64,000 bases of DNA from Cyanophora paradoxa CCMP329 (GCA_004431415.1 QPMI01000628.1:1-64000); one strand, 5' to 3'. Counted from the first letter of the stretch, positions 1 to 12,913 are shown. The notes: generated from the letters alone by a model not told the origin. Numbers and translations are program-made.

Positions 1-387
1 TTATTTAAGTCGATATTTTGTGAGCTATGTGGTTTCGTAGCCGCCAAATCGCGCCCTTTGCGAATCAGACCGCGCCGCTTTGTAGTAGCGTAGAACTACT
101 CTATACGCGCACGGTTGCAAAGTATGACTAGTGGAGCCTCATGGGAACGCGCGCCGGCTCTCAGAATGTAGCGGACACCTCGATTTTCGGGCACTTGTGC
201 CTATGGCGAATTTGCACTTCTTGCCACGGTTGAGTTAGCTAGTCAAACTAGCACCAACATGCCCGGAATCAAGTTGTGAGCACGTAGCAATTGAGAGCGC
301 GCCGAGATCGGCTTCCTGTCCAAAGTTATGCGGGGAAAACGGAAGGGGGGGTCTCCGCGAAGTCGCGATCGCCGGTGTTATCGAGTC

Positions 388-429
388 GGGACTCGGGACT
401 CGGGACTCGGGGCTCGGGACTCGGGACTC
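388..429. repeat. (GGGACTC)n heptamer tandem repeat, ~6 units
   Basis: Direct reading: gggactc gggactc gggactc ggggctc gggactc gggactc. Confidence 0.9.
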
Positions 430-818
430 CAACTTTGCAACTTAAAATGCAACTGGCAAGTGTCATACTATGATAGTATAGGCTACCGCCGACCGCCGAG
501 TTGGCTCAGCGGCTCACCGAGTCACTGGGAGTCAGAGGCTTAGAGCCCCGCGATCGCATTTTTAAAAACTATGCATTTTACACATTATTTTTTGAGCCTA
601 TGAAACTTATATGGACGTGCTAGCCTCGTTAAGACGGTCACGGCGCTATTTTCAGTTTTGCAGGTGATGAGCTGGTGATGAGATACAAGCGTTTGACGAT
701 TTCCATCGAAATCGGTGTTTTGGTATCCCCCCTTTCGCTTTTCCCGTATGCCCCCTTTCGCCGATTGAATTGTGTGCGTTTTTGATTGGACACCGTAACC
801 TGAGCACGCTTTATTATA

Positions 819-1121
819 GCCAATCCTGATCCTGTCAGCCTGTCCTCAGCCAATCCCGATCCTGTCAGCCTGTCATCAGCCAATCCTGATCCTGTCAGCC
901 TATACTATCAGCCGATACTATCACCCTGTCAGCCTATACTATCAGCCTGTCAGCCTATACTATCAGCCTGTCAGCCTATACTATCAGCCTGTCAGCCTAT
1001 ACTATCACCCTGTCAGCCTATACTATCACCCTGTCAGCTATACTATCACCCTGTCAGCCTACTGTCAGTCTACTGTCAGCCTACTATCAGCCTACTCTCA
1101 GCCTACTGTCAGCCTACTATC
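819..1121. repeat. Compound minisatellite (30-bp, ~21-bp and 11-bp units built on CTGTCAGCC)
   Basis: gccaatcctgatcctgtcagcctgtc(c/a)tca x3, then gcctatactatca(g/c)cctgtca x~8, then gcctact(g/a)tca x~6. Confidence 0.9.
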
Positions 1122-1572
1122 GATGATCTCTTATCACATTACGATCAGCCATAACAGCTAATTTATCACATTACGATCAGACAACGTAAAAATACTACGC
1201 TATCGCATGCTATATGTTTTCGGAATCGCCGCGATGTGATGACCCCGAATACGTCGGTGACGCCGGTATATATATGTATATGTCGCCATATGAGAAAAAA
1301 AACAAACAAAAAACAAAAAATTCGGTTGTGCGCTGGATCACACACACGGAGGTTCGGACATATATACGAAATATATACATGACTAAATCGTTATTGTTTT
1401 CATAGAACTCGCATGTAGTTTGCATGTATCTTGCATAGTGGGCGGGGCGCGAGTGGTTCCAGTGCATTAAATGGAACATTTCGATTGAAGTCGCGAGTTT
1501 GTGCAGGTGGGCATTTTCGGCATGCTTGCTCATGCACATACTCGCTTTAAAAAATATAAAATGAAATTCGGT

Positions 1573-1899
1573 TTAACTCTTACGAGTTTTGCTATAACAC
1601 TCTCGGCATTGATAGTTGAGACCATCCTTCGTTCTTTGTCTTTATTAAACTCACTTGCAAGCTTCTCAATCTTGCAGTGCGAGCATATCTTCGATTGTAC
1701 TTCGATCTTCGGACGCGTTTTTAACACGAAATGATAAAGGTAATTGTGATAGTCTCGGTCGCAAACTTTGCACCTCCAATTCAAAAGTACATTCCCTGAG
1801 CTACCTACGCTTTTGCAATGCATAACTCGATGCCGGTTTTACCTTATCGCAAACATTGCACCGCTTAGTCTCAGGTAGATTTACTTGATTGCTTGCCAT
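1573..1899 (-). CDS. Small intronless protein with two tandem C4 zinc-ribbon motifs (two frameshifts in A-runs)
   Basis: Reconstructed MASNQVNLPETKRCNVCDKVKP...WRCKVC...KICSHCKIEKLASEFNKDK(RT)KDGLNYQCRECYSKTRKS*; needs two 1-nt corrections near 1810 and 1635. AT-rich context. Confidence 0.55.
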
Positions 1900-3939
1900 T
1901 GTTACAGTATATTAACTGGAAGTCTTTAAGTGGGGATCACTTGTTTAATTGGTGGGGCTCACCTTGATTTTTCAATTTGGGTAACTGAAAACAGTCCGGA
2001 AACGATCGGGAACATTTCGTAAAAATGAGGGTCTTACTGTCCTTACTGAGAGATCGGGGGAAAGTTAAAGGGCTTACTGGGAATGGTAAGGAATTAGAAA
2101 AATGAAGAATGAAAGGGTTTCGTGATTGGTTTCAGTAAGGAAGGGTTAGATGTTTGAAAAATACAATGTGGCTCAGTGCGAATTTGTGATTTTGTGACTG
2201 AGATTCGTGATGCTGAAAATGTGCTTATTGAAAATGGTCGCGGGAAGGTCGCGCAATTGGTGGGGGTGACCACCCTGCGAGCCCTCCTCAAGCGCCGGAG
2301 ACTACTTGTCAGTAACCGCCTACGTTCCGAACGCGGCCGATAAGCAGGCCGAGCTCGGGGAAGCCTCGCAGTTCGGCGACTTCGTCCTCCCCTCCCGCGC
2401 CCTCCCGTTTCGATGCGGCGCGTTTAGATTTCTTTTTCACATCGATCGCCCTTGCAGAGCGCCTCGTCGACCGTCGGAAGCGGGAATCGACCTCTACGCG
2501 CGCGGTCTCCATCGAACTTCATCATGACGCCGCAATCCCCTGCCCGCCGCCTTAAGCTCGCTTTCGCCTCACTTCGATGATCACTTCCTCCGCTTGCAGA
2601 GCCTCGCGGCGGGCTGGACTCGCGGACTCTGGACTGTGTTCCGTCTCGATTCCATCCTCGCCCAGCGTGGCACACCATCCGGTATGGCGACCCCGCTGCC
2701 CACATCTCCGCCCTTTACCCCCCAAAGCCCCCCCCCCCCCCCACCCCCCTGCCCGGCCGGCGAGAACCGGTCCGGCCCCCTTCCGACCCCGATCTTATAG
2801 CTGCGCACGCCTCTCGTCATATTCAAGTCATGCACACTGCATGCCGCCCTCTGTCTGAGCACGCGATGCCGTGGCTCGCTCCGTTGGCAGACGAACCCCG
2901 CTCGCGGCGGGTGTCGTCAGGAATGCCTTCAGAGCAGCCCGAGCATCACTCAGACACGGCTGTCTCACCACTCTCTCTGGTGCCGAGCTTTCCCCAGGGG
3001 ACGCATGCCCCTTTTTGCGGGTTTGGGATCTGCTGCCGCCACACGCATGCCAAGCCATTGCAGTGCTAGCCACCGCAGTCTTTGCATCACCAGCCAGCCC
3101 CGCCGCCTCGCAACAGGTTGAGCGTCGCCTTTCTTTCTTTCAGTGATATCTCTTTTTCTCCTACACTATCAAAAATTTCTTTTCCCCTACTTGTTTACCT
3201 CTTCGACAGGACCTCTTTCGATAATTCCTCTCTTTTGCTCCCTTGGCCCGACGTCCATAGACATAGAGGACCCACTAGGAGGCAAGCTCCGCGACCCCTC
3301 TTGGATAGCTAGGGCGGGTGTTTGCAGACACCCATCACCTAGACACTCCTCGGTCGCTGAGACAGAGGAGTGTTGAATATTACCAAAGACCCCGCTGGGG
3401 TCCCCACTAGACCGCATTAATATCGAAACGCTAAAAAGTGCTGTATGATTCACAGTATGAACCCCTTTAATTAAGTAATTAAGTAGTACTATAGTGCTGG
3501 TACTATATAGTACTAGTAATTAAGTAATTCACGGTAATTAAGTATTACACGGTACCGGTAGCCTAGTATAGGATGTATATAGATATAGACTGAGACAGTG
3601 AGTTCCAATTCAGGGTTACTGCACACAGTAACTTCCGAATTCGAATAACTTCCCATTGGCCAGGGTGCGCCGCTTTTCGCGATCGGTACCGTCACTACTA
3701 CCGTGTACGGTGTACGTACTAGCCTATAGCTACTAATAGGCTACTACTACTACGTACTACGGTACCAGATCTAGAGTAACCGGACCAGTGTTTCCGGGAT
3801 CCAGATAAATTTCAAAGGACCAGATAGAAGCGATAGAATCCAATAGAAGCGACGCCGCAGAGGGTTTAAGCGGCTCCGGCGCAGCTGCCGCCCGCGGCGG
3901 ACCGGGGCCCGCGCGACGTCGACGTCGGTTGTTGGAATG

Positions 3940-6900
3940 TGTGATTTTAAGATCACAAGGTTCCTAAGCTTCGACTTAACGGAGCGAGGTTTTACGACCA
4001 AGGCGCGAGCCCCTAGCCTGCCTGTCTATCTCTTTATCTCTGCGGCCCCTCTCTCCGCAGCCCTCCTCTGGGCGCGGGGTCGGGCACCTGCCAGGGGGAC
4101 GCCTCCATCCACCTCCCCCCCGGGATCCTGTACCCCCCGAGCTCGATCCCCCCCGGGGGGGCCATCCGCACGATTCTGCGGGGGGGCGGCGGCGTCGGTA
4201 TCGGCTTCTGGGGGGTGGGGGCGGGGCGGGGCGGGGTACGGGCGCGGGCGCACCCGGTGCCGGCGGCGGGGTACATGCGCAGGACCTCCTTCATGCAGGC
4301 CTCCAGGGGCCCCAGCGCTGCGAGATCGGGGCGTCGAGTTACTCGGGGGTACCTGAAAAAGGTACCTCCTCGGGCGGGTCGGCAGATCTAGATCAAGAGC
4401 GAAGGAGGGGGATCTAGAGCGAAAGGAGGGGGGTACAGAATGCAAGCCCCCGGGCGCGAGCTCGAAGAGACATAGGTCTGGCCGGGCATCCGAAGAGGAT
4501 CGAGTAGAAGGGAAGGGGGCCGAAGGCGGCGGCGGCGGACCCCCGACTCGAAGGCTTCTCTGGCAGATCGATGGATGTAAATTTAGAGTGCGAGGAGGGG
4601 GCTGGAGGTTCCCGGACGCAAGGGGGTTTGTGGCAGGGTCGAGCTTCGGCTCGCTTGCCTGAATGTGATCCTAGGGTAAGGACCGCGGCGGCGGCGGCGG
4701 CGGACGTACCCCGGATGTCGCCGTATTTGGGGGTACGCCTGCCGAGGGCCCAGTCCACATCCCCCCCGCAGCTCCATCTCGACCTGCCGGATCAAATGTT
4801 AATGAAGGTTCGAGTTCGATCAGAGTTAGGCAGCGAAGGAAGGGAGGAAGGTGCGGAGGCGCGATCTATGGGCGCGCCCCCCGTTCCAGAAGCGGCGGTG
4901 ATCATAATCGCCCCGGGCCCGCCCGCCCTGGACCTCTAGCCTGCGCCTCTAGATGGCAGCGCTATCGATAGTTAGTTCTGTAGGACCAGCGCTATGTACC
5001 CTAGGACCAGCGAAGGGAAAGGGGTAGCCTAGTAGGGGGTAGAGGGGGAATCACCTAAGGCTCCCCTCCCAGAAGCGGTGGTGACCGCCCCGGGCCCGCC
5101 CCGCCCCGAAACCTCCGGCCAGCGCCTCAGAGAGGGAGGGGGGAGGGGAGGCGGGGCGGGGAGGGGTACGGGCGCGGGCGCACGCGGTGCCGGCGGCGGG
5201 GTACAGGCGCAGGACCTCCTTTATGCAGCCCTCCAGCGGCCCCAGCGCTGCGGGATCTGGTTCGAAACGCCGGCTCAAAGGCTTCCCTGGCAGGCCGGCA
5301 GATCTAAATTTAGACCGCGGCGGCGGACCGCGCATGTCGCCATAGGTGGGGGTACGCCCGCCGAGGGCCCGGTCCACATCCCCCCGCAGCTCCCTCTCGA
5401 CCTGCCAGATCAAATGGGGAGGAGGACGGCGACGGAGATGGGCGACGGGTACGCGATGATAGGCGCGCTCCGATTCCTGAAGCGGCGGCTACCCCCCCCT
5501 CCCCCCCCCCCTCCCCCGGCCCCGCCCTATCTCTCGCATGCTCCTCCGGATGGCAGCGCTGTCAATAGCTAGTTCCGTAGGACCCTGAACGAATTTGATC
5601 CCTATGACCGGGCGCGGACCTCGAGGCAGCGGGCTCGGCGGGTCCCCTAGGCGCGACGCTCGGAGCAGCGGGCGAGGCAGGTCTAGGCGCGCCGCTTGTG
5701 TCTCGGGGCAGCGGGCGAGTCGGGTCTAGGCGCGACGCTTGTGTCTTGTATCTATAGCGCCTCGAACCTCGGCGCGGACGGACTTCGGGGCGGCGGGCGA
5801 GGGCGGCGAGCGCGAAGCAGAGCGTCGTCTGCGTCGTGTCGTGCCCCGCAAGAAGCAGGTCTACCCCCCCCGGACGGTGGAAAAAAGTGTTTCTTGAGGG
5901 GGATGAGAGGGGGGGCACCGTGGATATCGACGCGGACGTCCTCCATGGACGCGCCGGTCCTCTCCTGCGGGGCGGGGCGGGCGGGCGTGGGCGCGGGGGG
6001 TAGGGGGCGGGCGGGGTCCGGAGGTTGACGTTGGGACTTCGTTGGGAGCGGAGCTAAAGACAGGTCGGGGAAGGGGGGGCCCTGGAGGCGGGGTACGAAA
6101 TTCGTTGCTGGTTCGAAAATTCGTTGCTGGCCATGGTCGAGGGCCGGCACGGGGGCGGGCGGTTGGCGGGGGTAGGGGCTATAGACAAGTCGAGGAGGGG
6201 TTGGATCTAGGACTCAAGAAGAGCGAGGCGGGGCGGGGCGGGGCGGGCAGGGATCCCGGAACAGAGCTCAAGGCGCCCCCTTATCGATCCCGCCCCAGCC
6301 CAGCCCAGCGAAGCCAGGTCCAGCCTCCCCGGCCGGCCCTTAGCGGGTCCAACCCGGAGGGAGGGCGGGGCCCGGAGCTCGAGGCGGGGTACGGGGCGCT
6401 GCGCCGAAGAGGTCTGTACCCACCCGCGACTCGAGGATGGAATCGATGAGGTCGCCCTCGCCCTCGCGGTCCCCTTCCGCCCGCGCCGCCGCCCGCGCCG
6501 CCTCGCGCCCCCGCAGGATCGCCAGCTCGCACGCCTGCGCGAGCCGAGGCGATGCTTGAAACGGAAGCTTAAGTGACGAAGAAGCTCAAGCGTAGGCACT
6601 AGCGGGCACTAGAAGCATTGGACCTAGGAGCCTTGGCGAGCACTAGAGGGCGTCGGAGCGAGACTGTGAGAGGGCATCGGAGCGGGCGAGGCGATGCTTC
6701 GACCGCAGCCGCGTGAGCTTAGCACGCGGCTCGGTCGGTCGGAGAGAGCTTGGGCTCGAGCCGCGTAGGCCTAGCTCCGGCTTGGAGCCGCAGTCCCATG
6801 GCGCTCGAGCGGGCTCTCACTTGCGGCGGGGGCGCACCTGCAGGGATTCCATCGCAGCCTCGAGGCGGCGGAACTGCGGGGGGGTACAAGGATTAGACCA

Positions 6901-9900
6901 CGGGAACTGCGAGCCAGGGCCGGGATCCGGACCGCGGGTGTCTTGACGAAGCGCCAGAAGGCCGCCGTCTGTACCCCGGCGTCTGTACCCCGGCCCAGTC
7001 AGGGGTACGGCCCCGAGCGGGGCCTGAGGGCGGAGCCGGGAGTCGCGTACCCGGAAGTAGTCCGCGAAGAGCTGCGCGACGACCAAGTGAGCCCCACAAG
7101 GGCCCACGGGGTATTTGGGGGGGAGGGGGGGGGGGGGGGGGGGGGGGGGAATCCCGTCGAGCCCCCAGCCCCTCTCCTCCCCTCGCCTCCTCTTACCCCC
7201 TTCCCCCCCGGGGGGGTACTTTAGTGTAGACGGCGAAGTCCTCCGCGAAGCGCTCCCACGTGAGCCCCCCCGGCAGCACCGCCGACGCTGCCGGGTACGC
7301 GTTAAACCGGGGGGAAGGGAGGGGGGAGGAGGGGGGCGGGGTACCGGAGACTTCGACGGAGAAGCACGTCTGCGGGGCGATCAATGCTCGCAGAGCCCTT
7401 TGTTTATCGGTTTAACTCGGGGGCCGGGGGGGGGGGGGGGGGGGGGGGGGAGACGCGGGAGGGGTACGCGAGCGCGCCTTCATGAGGACGCCGCCCGTGA
7501 GGGATGTGAACGGGGCACGCGGGTCCAGCCACCCGCCCTCCTCGCACTCCCTCTGGGGTGATGGGGGGGGGGGTACCGGCGACCCGCGTCAGCGGGGAGG
7601 ACCGGAAGGCGTCAGAAGGGGGAGGGGGCGGAGCGGAATAGGGCGCGGGACGCGGCCCGGATGTTGCTATTCGGAACGCTTGAAAGGGGTACAGCTGCAG
7701 GCGATGCGGGGGGGGTACGCACGTCGAAGACGGGGAAGACGTCCCGCGCCATGCGCTCCGTCGTCGCAGCGAACTGAGCCGCCGCCGAGTCAGACGGGAG
7801 CGGCGGGGGAGGGGGGGGGGGTCCGGGGAGAAGGCTGGAGGCCTAGGGCGGATAGCTGGAGCTGAAGGAGAGCCAAAGGGGGCCGGGGTACGGGGCGCGG
7901 GCGGGCGGCACGCACCACCTTGCGGAACATGCGATCGTTCATCGCCCGGACGACCGTTCGTCGGCGCGCGCGGTGGAACGGCCCGTTCGACCCCAGCAGG
8001 CCTGCCGAGCCGAGTGAGGGGTGAGGGGCTTTGAATCTAGCGCTCGCCGCTGGACGAAGAGGCGCACCCCGGCCGCCCCAGGAGCAGAACTGCACGATCG
8101 GGGACGGCTGCGCGCGCGCGGGGCGGGGAGCCCCCGGTCAGAAGGCGGGCCTAGACCTGCACAATGCAATTTGATCGGGGGGCGCGATGCGGTCAGGCAG
8201 GAGGAGCATGCGGTGGGCGAGCTTCGCCTCCATGATCCAGACGATGGGCGTCCCGGCGAAGTAACACTGGGGAAAGGTGAGCTGGAGGCGCGGCGGAGGA
8301 GGAGAAGGAGCGGAGAGAACGCTCGCGCACCTGAACGATTGGGCCGTACTCTCCGCGCCAGGCGTGGGCGATCTGCGCGACGTGGCCGCCGCCCCACACC
8401 ATCCTGCGCGTACGTGTCCACGCCGCTCGGCACTGCCAAGCCGGGCAGCGGCGGCGCCGCGAATTCGATTGCAGGCTAGGTGGAGCGCACTCCGGCAAAT
8501 TGCCAAGGCGGGACAGTCTTGGGCCCGGGCATCTCCTTTCCTTCGCCGTCTCGGATCACCGACTTGGCGAGGTGCCTCTGCGCAGCGCCAGCGGCGCGCT
8601 CGGTCAGTCTCTGGTGGCATCGTCGGAGCTCTGGCGCGCCGGCGCGTTGTAGCGCGGAGCCCGCGTCCGCTTAGATGCGCTCTGCACCGGAAGCCGGCAC
8701 GCGGGTGGGCGCGAACCTGCCACGCCGCGACGACGGCCGCCGCGCCGCAGGCGGTGAGAGCGACGGCCACGGCGAGTAACTGCGACGAATCCATGGCGAG
8801 CATGCGAGCGCCGAACTGCGCGGAGCCGAACTGAGCAAAGTCGGTGCTTGCGACTTCGCAGTTGTACCCCGCGAGAACAGCGCACCGTACCCGTCGTCTC
8901 AGACTCGCTCTGACTCGGCTCATCTGAAGCCTGTGCAGGCACCCCAACGATGAAAACGATATCGATCGATATCAGCCTCTACAGCGATCCGCAGTCGCCG
9001 ACCCGCCCCGCCTCCGTCCCGCCCGATGGCGCCCCCGCACGTCGACGTCGCCATGACGGCCGTGCGCACACGCGCGCTGCGCGCCTGTGCAGCAAGAGCG
9101 CTGACGGCTCGCTTGTAGATGCCGAACGCGCCGAGCCCCGTCCCCGCGGCCGTCGCCGTCGCCCAGGAGCTCGAGCGCTATATATATAGCTAGCAGGCGC
9201 AGCTGCAGGCCGCGGCGGAGCTCGAGGCGGCCGCGAGCCTCAAGCGCCACAACGGCGCCGAGAGCGGTGAGGCTGACGGCGCGGGCGCGGGCGCGGGCGC
9301 GGAGCCCGACGCAAAGCGGGCGAAGCTCTCCGGTGCGCACGCGCATGCGCTGGGCCACGAGCGCCCTCGCGAGCGGTGCTGATCCGAGGGGGCGCGCGCG
9401 CAGAGGCCAGGGTGCGGCTGAACTACAAGCTGGACGGGCTGCCGGCCCCCTGCGGCTACGTCCACGTCCCGCTCTGCTGGAGCCTCGCCTGCCTCCGGGC
9501 CGATCGCGAGCTCCAGCGGGAGTCGGACCTCGAGCTCGAGATCCGCAAGTAGTGCGCTCTACTCTTCTCCCTTTCTCTCTCCGGACTCCGAGCGTAAGCT
9601 TCAGCTCATGCTCCCGCACACGCGCGCGCAGCGGCTTCGTCCTGCAGGACGCGCCGGCCTCGTCGCGGCAGGAGGCCGAGCTCCGCGTACCCGCGTACGC
9701 GTCTCGGGCGTCTTCCCCTGCGCCCTCCTCCGCACCCTCCGGATCCCCAAGGATCTAGGAGCTCGAGCGAGCGCAAGGCCAAGGAGGGCGGCGGAGAGGA
9801 GGGCGCCGAGCCGCTCTTTGCCGTCGTGAAGCAGAAGGCGAAGAGCCCGATCACGGGCAACGAGCTTGAGGCCTCCTGATCATGATTTGATCTCGCGGAG

Positions 9901-10020
9901 CATCCGGCGCGGAGGCACTAAGCCTGCGGAGAGGATGGGGCGGGGAAGGGGGGGGGGGGGGGGGGGGGGGGGCTCTAGATCTGCGGATCAACCCGGTGCC
10001 GGCGCGGGGAGAGGGGACAA
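3940..10020. repeat. Left arm of inverted segmental duplication (partner 43054-51650)
   Basis: Reverse-complement similarity of exons and introns throughout, e.g. 9975-10020 vs 43054-43100 and 8700-8940 vs 47550-47790. Confidence 0.95.
4088..8794 (-). pseudogene. Cytochrome P450 pseudogene, 3'-truncated inverted copy with an internal exon-pair duplication
   Basis: Exons MDSSQLLAVAVALT.., MPGPKT.., DLLLAGHDTTQTTL, KEVLR(L/M)YPAAGT (twice, ~5190-5230 and ~4250-4294), IELGGYRIP..ASPWQ. PERF and heme-Cys exons absent; 2-nt deletion near 8510 relative to the right copy. Confidence 0.85.
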
Positions 10021-12480
10021 GCGCTCTTCGCCGCCGTGAAGCAGAAGGCGAAGAGCCCGATCACGGACGGCGAGGCCGGGCGGCCCTTCCTCGCGCTCGA
10101 GGACGACGCCCTCGCTGCGTGCGCCCGCCCTCTCCTCCGCCTTCGGACCGCTCTCAGTTCTCTGCGTTGAAATCGCGCAGGGAGGTGCGGGGCGTGCTGG
10201 CGGGGCTCACCGGGGTACACGAGGAGGAGCCCAAGGCCCTGGCCGACGACCTCGCCTTCGAATTCCAGGTCCTGATTTGATCCCGTCGATTCCGATTTGA
10301 TCCCGCCAACTCGATCTAGATCTGGTTTAACGTTAACTTATTCGATCCGCAGCTCCCGGCCCTGCGCGCAGCAGCAGCAGCAGTAGCAGCAGCAGCGGGG
10401 GCGGCGGGGGAGGCGCCCCAGGGCGGAAGTCAATTACACCTTATTCGATCTAATTCAAGACTAAGCTTGGCAACCGATTGCCCTGGTCCGCGATCGATAG
10501 ATATCGCGACTTCTCATGTATATAATTATAATTACATCCCGGAGTCCTAGAATCGTTTAATTACATCCCAGAGTTTAGAATCGGTGTGGTTATCATACAC
10601 GATTTTCATTTCATGCCTTCCGTGTTCGAATCGCCCTGCGATGAGAATCACGCCTTCGAATCCCGCCCGTTCCACATAATTCCGTTCGATCATGCCCCAC
10701 CTTGCCTGTATACGCCCCCACAGTGCTGGAGTAGACTAGAGGCTGTGGCCGGTAATTCACCAAAAACAAATACATCCTAGAATTACATTAATTATAGTTG
10801 TAATTATAGAATCGTTTCTAGATCTATTAAATCTTAATCAATCTCTAGCTAATTTATAATTTGAGAGTCAACTCTGGCAAGCTTGGCAATCGCGACGCTG
10901 CCGAGCAGTTGATCATGAAGCATCTTAAAGGGAGTGATCATGATCACGGCGTTAGATCTGATATCGATGGGACTGCGGCCTCAGGTCTGCAACGCCGAGC
11001 ACGGCTTCTCGGATCCGGACGTCATCTCGGGCAAGGTGCGGCGCCCCCCTATAGCTAGATTTCGCTCGACTCGAAATTCGCCGCGCCAGATCGGATATAT
11101 GACACAACAGGCCTAGGATTATTTAGGTCGAGGGGTCTCGCTTCCGTCGACGTCATCGATGATACTTCGAATTCGGCTGCGATCGGCTTAGAGTTCTCGG
11201 CTTAGAGTTCTCGAAACAAGGAGCTAAGCTCGCCGCCACTGCGCCCTCGCCTTCGCTTGGTCGCCCGGCGAGCCGCTGAGCTCTTGGCGGCCCCGTCCCG
11301 CCCCGTCCGCCCTCGCGCAGGGCGGCGGCTGCATCTTCCTGCTGCACGGCGTCCCCGGGCCCGCCTTGGCCTGACCCTCAGGGCCGATCGCGAGTCCATC
11401 GCCGAGCTCGTCCGCCGGCCCCGGGGGCCCTCTACAGGCGACCCGGACCCACGGGCATCAGATCAATTGCAAGCGCCCGCGAGGTGCGCGCATTTCTGCG
11501 CCCCGCGAACGGGGGACGCCGCCGCTTCTTGAACGGAAGCACGCCGGCGCCTAGCGCCTCCGCCACACCCGCGAGGGACCTAATTCCCTCGCATTAATTC
11601 TACCGAGGCCGACGTCCTCCTCGGGCGGCGCACCCTCGCGATCGCCGACGTCGCCCGCAACGCCCCGGGCCGCCATGGTCGGCATCTTCCTCCGCCTCCT
11701 CCTCGATTCGATTCGATTCGATCTCGAGATTGAATTTGATCGCGTCCGGGCAGGGAGATGTTTCTGACGACGAACCGCGTCTCGGCGTTCGACCGGGCCT
11801 TCCACTCCCGCATCTCCATATGCATTGCCCTCAAGTGCGCTTCCTTTATATAATATTCAATTGCCTTCAGCCAGCTTATGTATTTCGCCTTCTATGAGCT
11901 CTCAGGCCCAAGGTTCGATAAGCTCATAGGCTCAATTGCAAGTTTCTATACGCCTTTGGGCTCCAGCTCACATTATAATTACTTGAAGCTATATATGGCC
12001 TTGGCCTGATGCCGGCGCCGCCCCAGGTACTCGCCGCTGAACGCGGGGGCGCCCGGCGCAGGAGGCGGTCTGGACGAACCTCCTGCGGGCGGGCGGCGTC
12101 GAGGGCGTCGCCCTCGCCGCCCTCGCCAAGCACGAGCTCAACGGCCGCCAGGTGCGATATAAATTAGATACCCGAGACAGATCTAGATTTGATGGATAGT
12201 AAGATAGAAATCTACGCAAAGAAAGCTTGACGATAATAGAAGGCCGCCCTCTAATTCGATGCTTGTATATATCGCAGATTAAGAACACGATCTCGCTGGC
12301 CCGGAGGCCCGGGTCGCCCCCGCCGACGTCGATGCAACCATCCCAGTCGCCGCCCAATTCCAGTCCGACGTGCGCCGAAATCACCCCTGAAATTAAATTA
12401 TTATTCGTCCGCCGTCTTTGAGTTTCGCCCCCGGCTCAGATCTTGGACCGCTCGTGCGACCTGGACCGCCAGGAGCTCGA
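8950..12480 (+). pseudogene. Multi-exon AAA+ ATPase pseudogene, head-to-head with the P450
   Basis: Degraded motifs in order: DVISGK|GGGCIFLLHG.PG (Walker A damaged), ESIAEL.RRP.LY, EADVLL.RR, RNA.MVGIFLRLL, MFLTTNRVSAFDRAFHSRI, YSPL..VWTNLL, ELNGRQ|IKNTISLA. This matches the GILFLTTNR/LNGRQIKN class of AAA+ proteins common in fungi and protists. Linkage of the 8950-10400 exons to the ATPase exons is inferred. Confidence 0.8.
10585..10770 (+). mobile_element. Short diverged 3' fragment of the LINE family at 18434-24317
   Basis: 10714-10765 gcccccacagtgctgg..ctgtggccggtaattcaccaaaa matches that LINE's 3' terminus; 5' boundary and TSD unclear. Confidence 0.65.
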
Positions 12481-12913
12481 GCCCCCCGCTTGGTTAACTT
12501 ATTAAATATTGCTTTCATGTTAAAGCCCTCGTAATTTATTGCTGATAGTAAAATATAACATGTCGTAGCGCTGAAAGATGGCCGCGACCCCAGTGTGGCT
12601 CATGATCAAATGAGGCGATTTCTTAATTCATCCGAAGGCCCTATTCGGAATGCAAATGGAGGAGATGCGGGGGGCGGGTGCTGGAATTTGAACTACGGAA
12701 TGCGAATGGAGGGGCCGCCGGGCAGCGAGGAGGGGCCGGACATCGTGATCATGACATCTACCGAAGTAAGGCGGTTTACCGATACCGCACCAATGCCGGA
12801 CCGATACCTTAGCCTGTATTGTCAAATTACACGTGCGTGTTGAATCACAGGTTCTGGCCCAACCTCTGGGTTCAGCTGCAGCAGATATAGAAAACATTTG
12901 CTGAGTCCCCCAT

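Noticed and set aside
819-1121. Possible CRISPR array
   Set aside because: Contiguous tandem units without unique spacers; eukaryotic context; no cas genes.
2300-3460. Possible retroelement 3' remnant or ribozyme (stem ACACTCCTC/GAGGAGTGT at ~3343-3373)
   Set aside because: No recognisable protein motif, tail or TSD; hammerhead and HDV core motifs could not be assembled.
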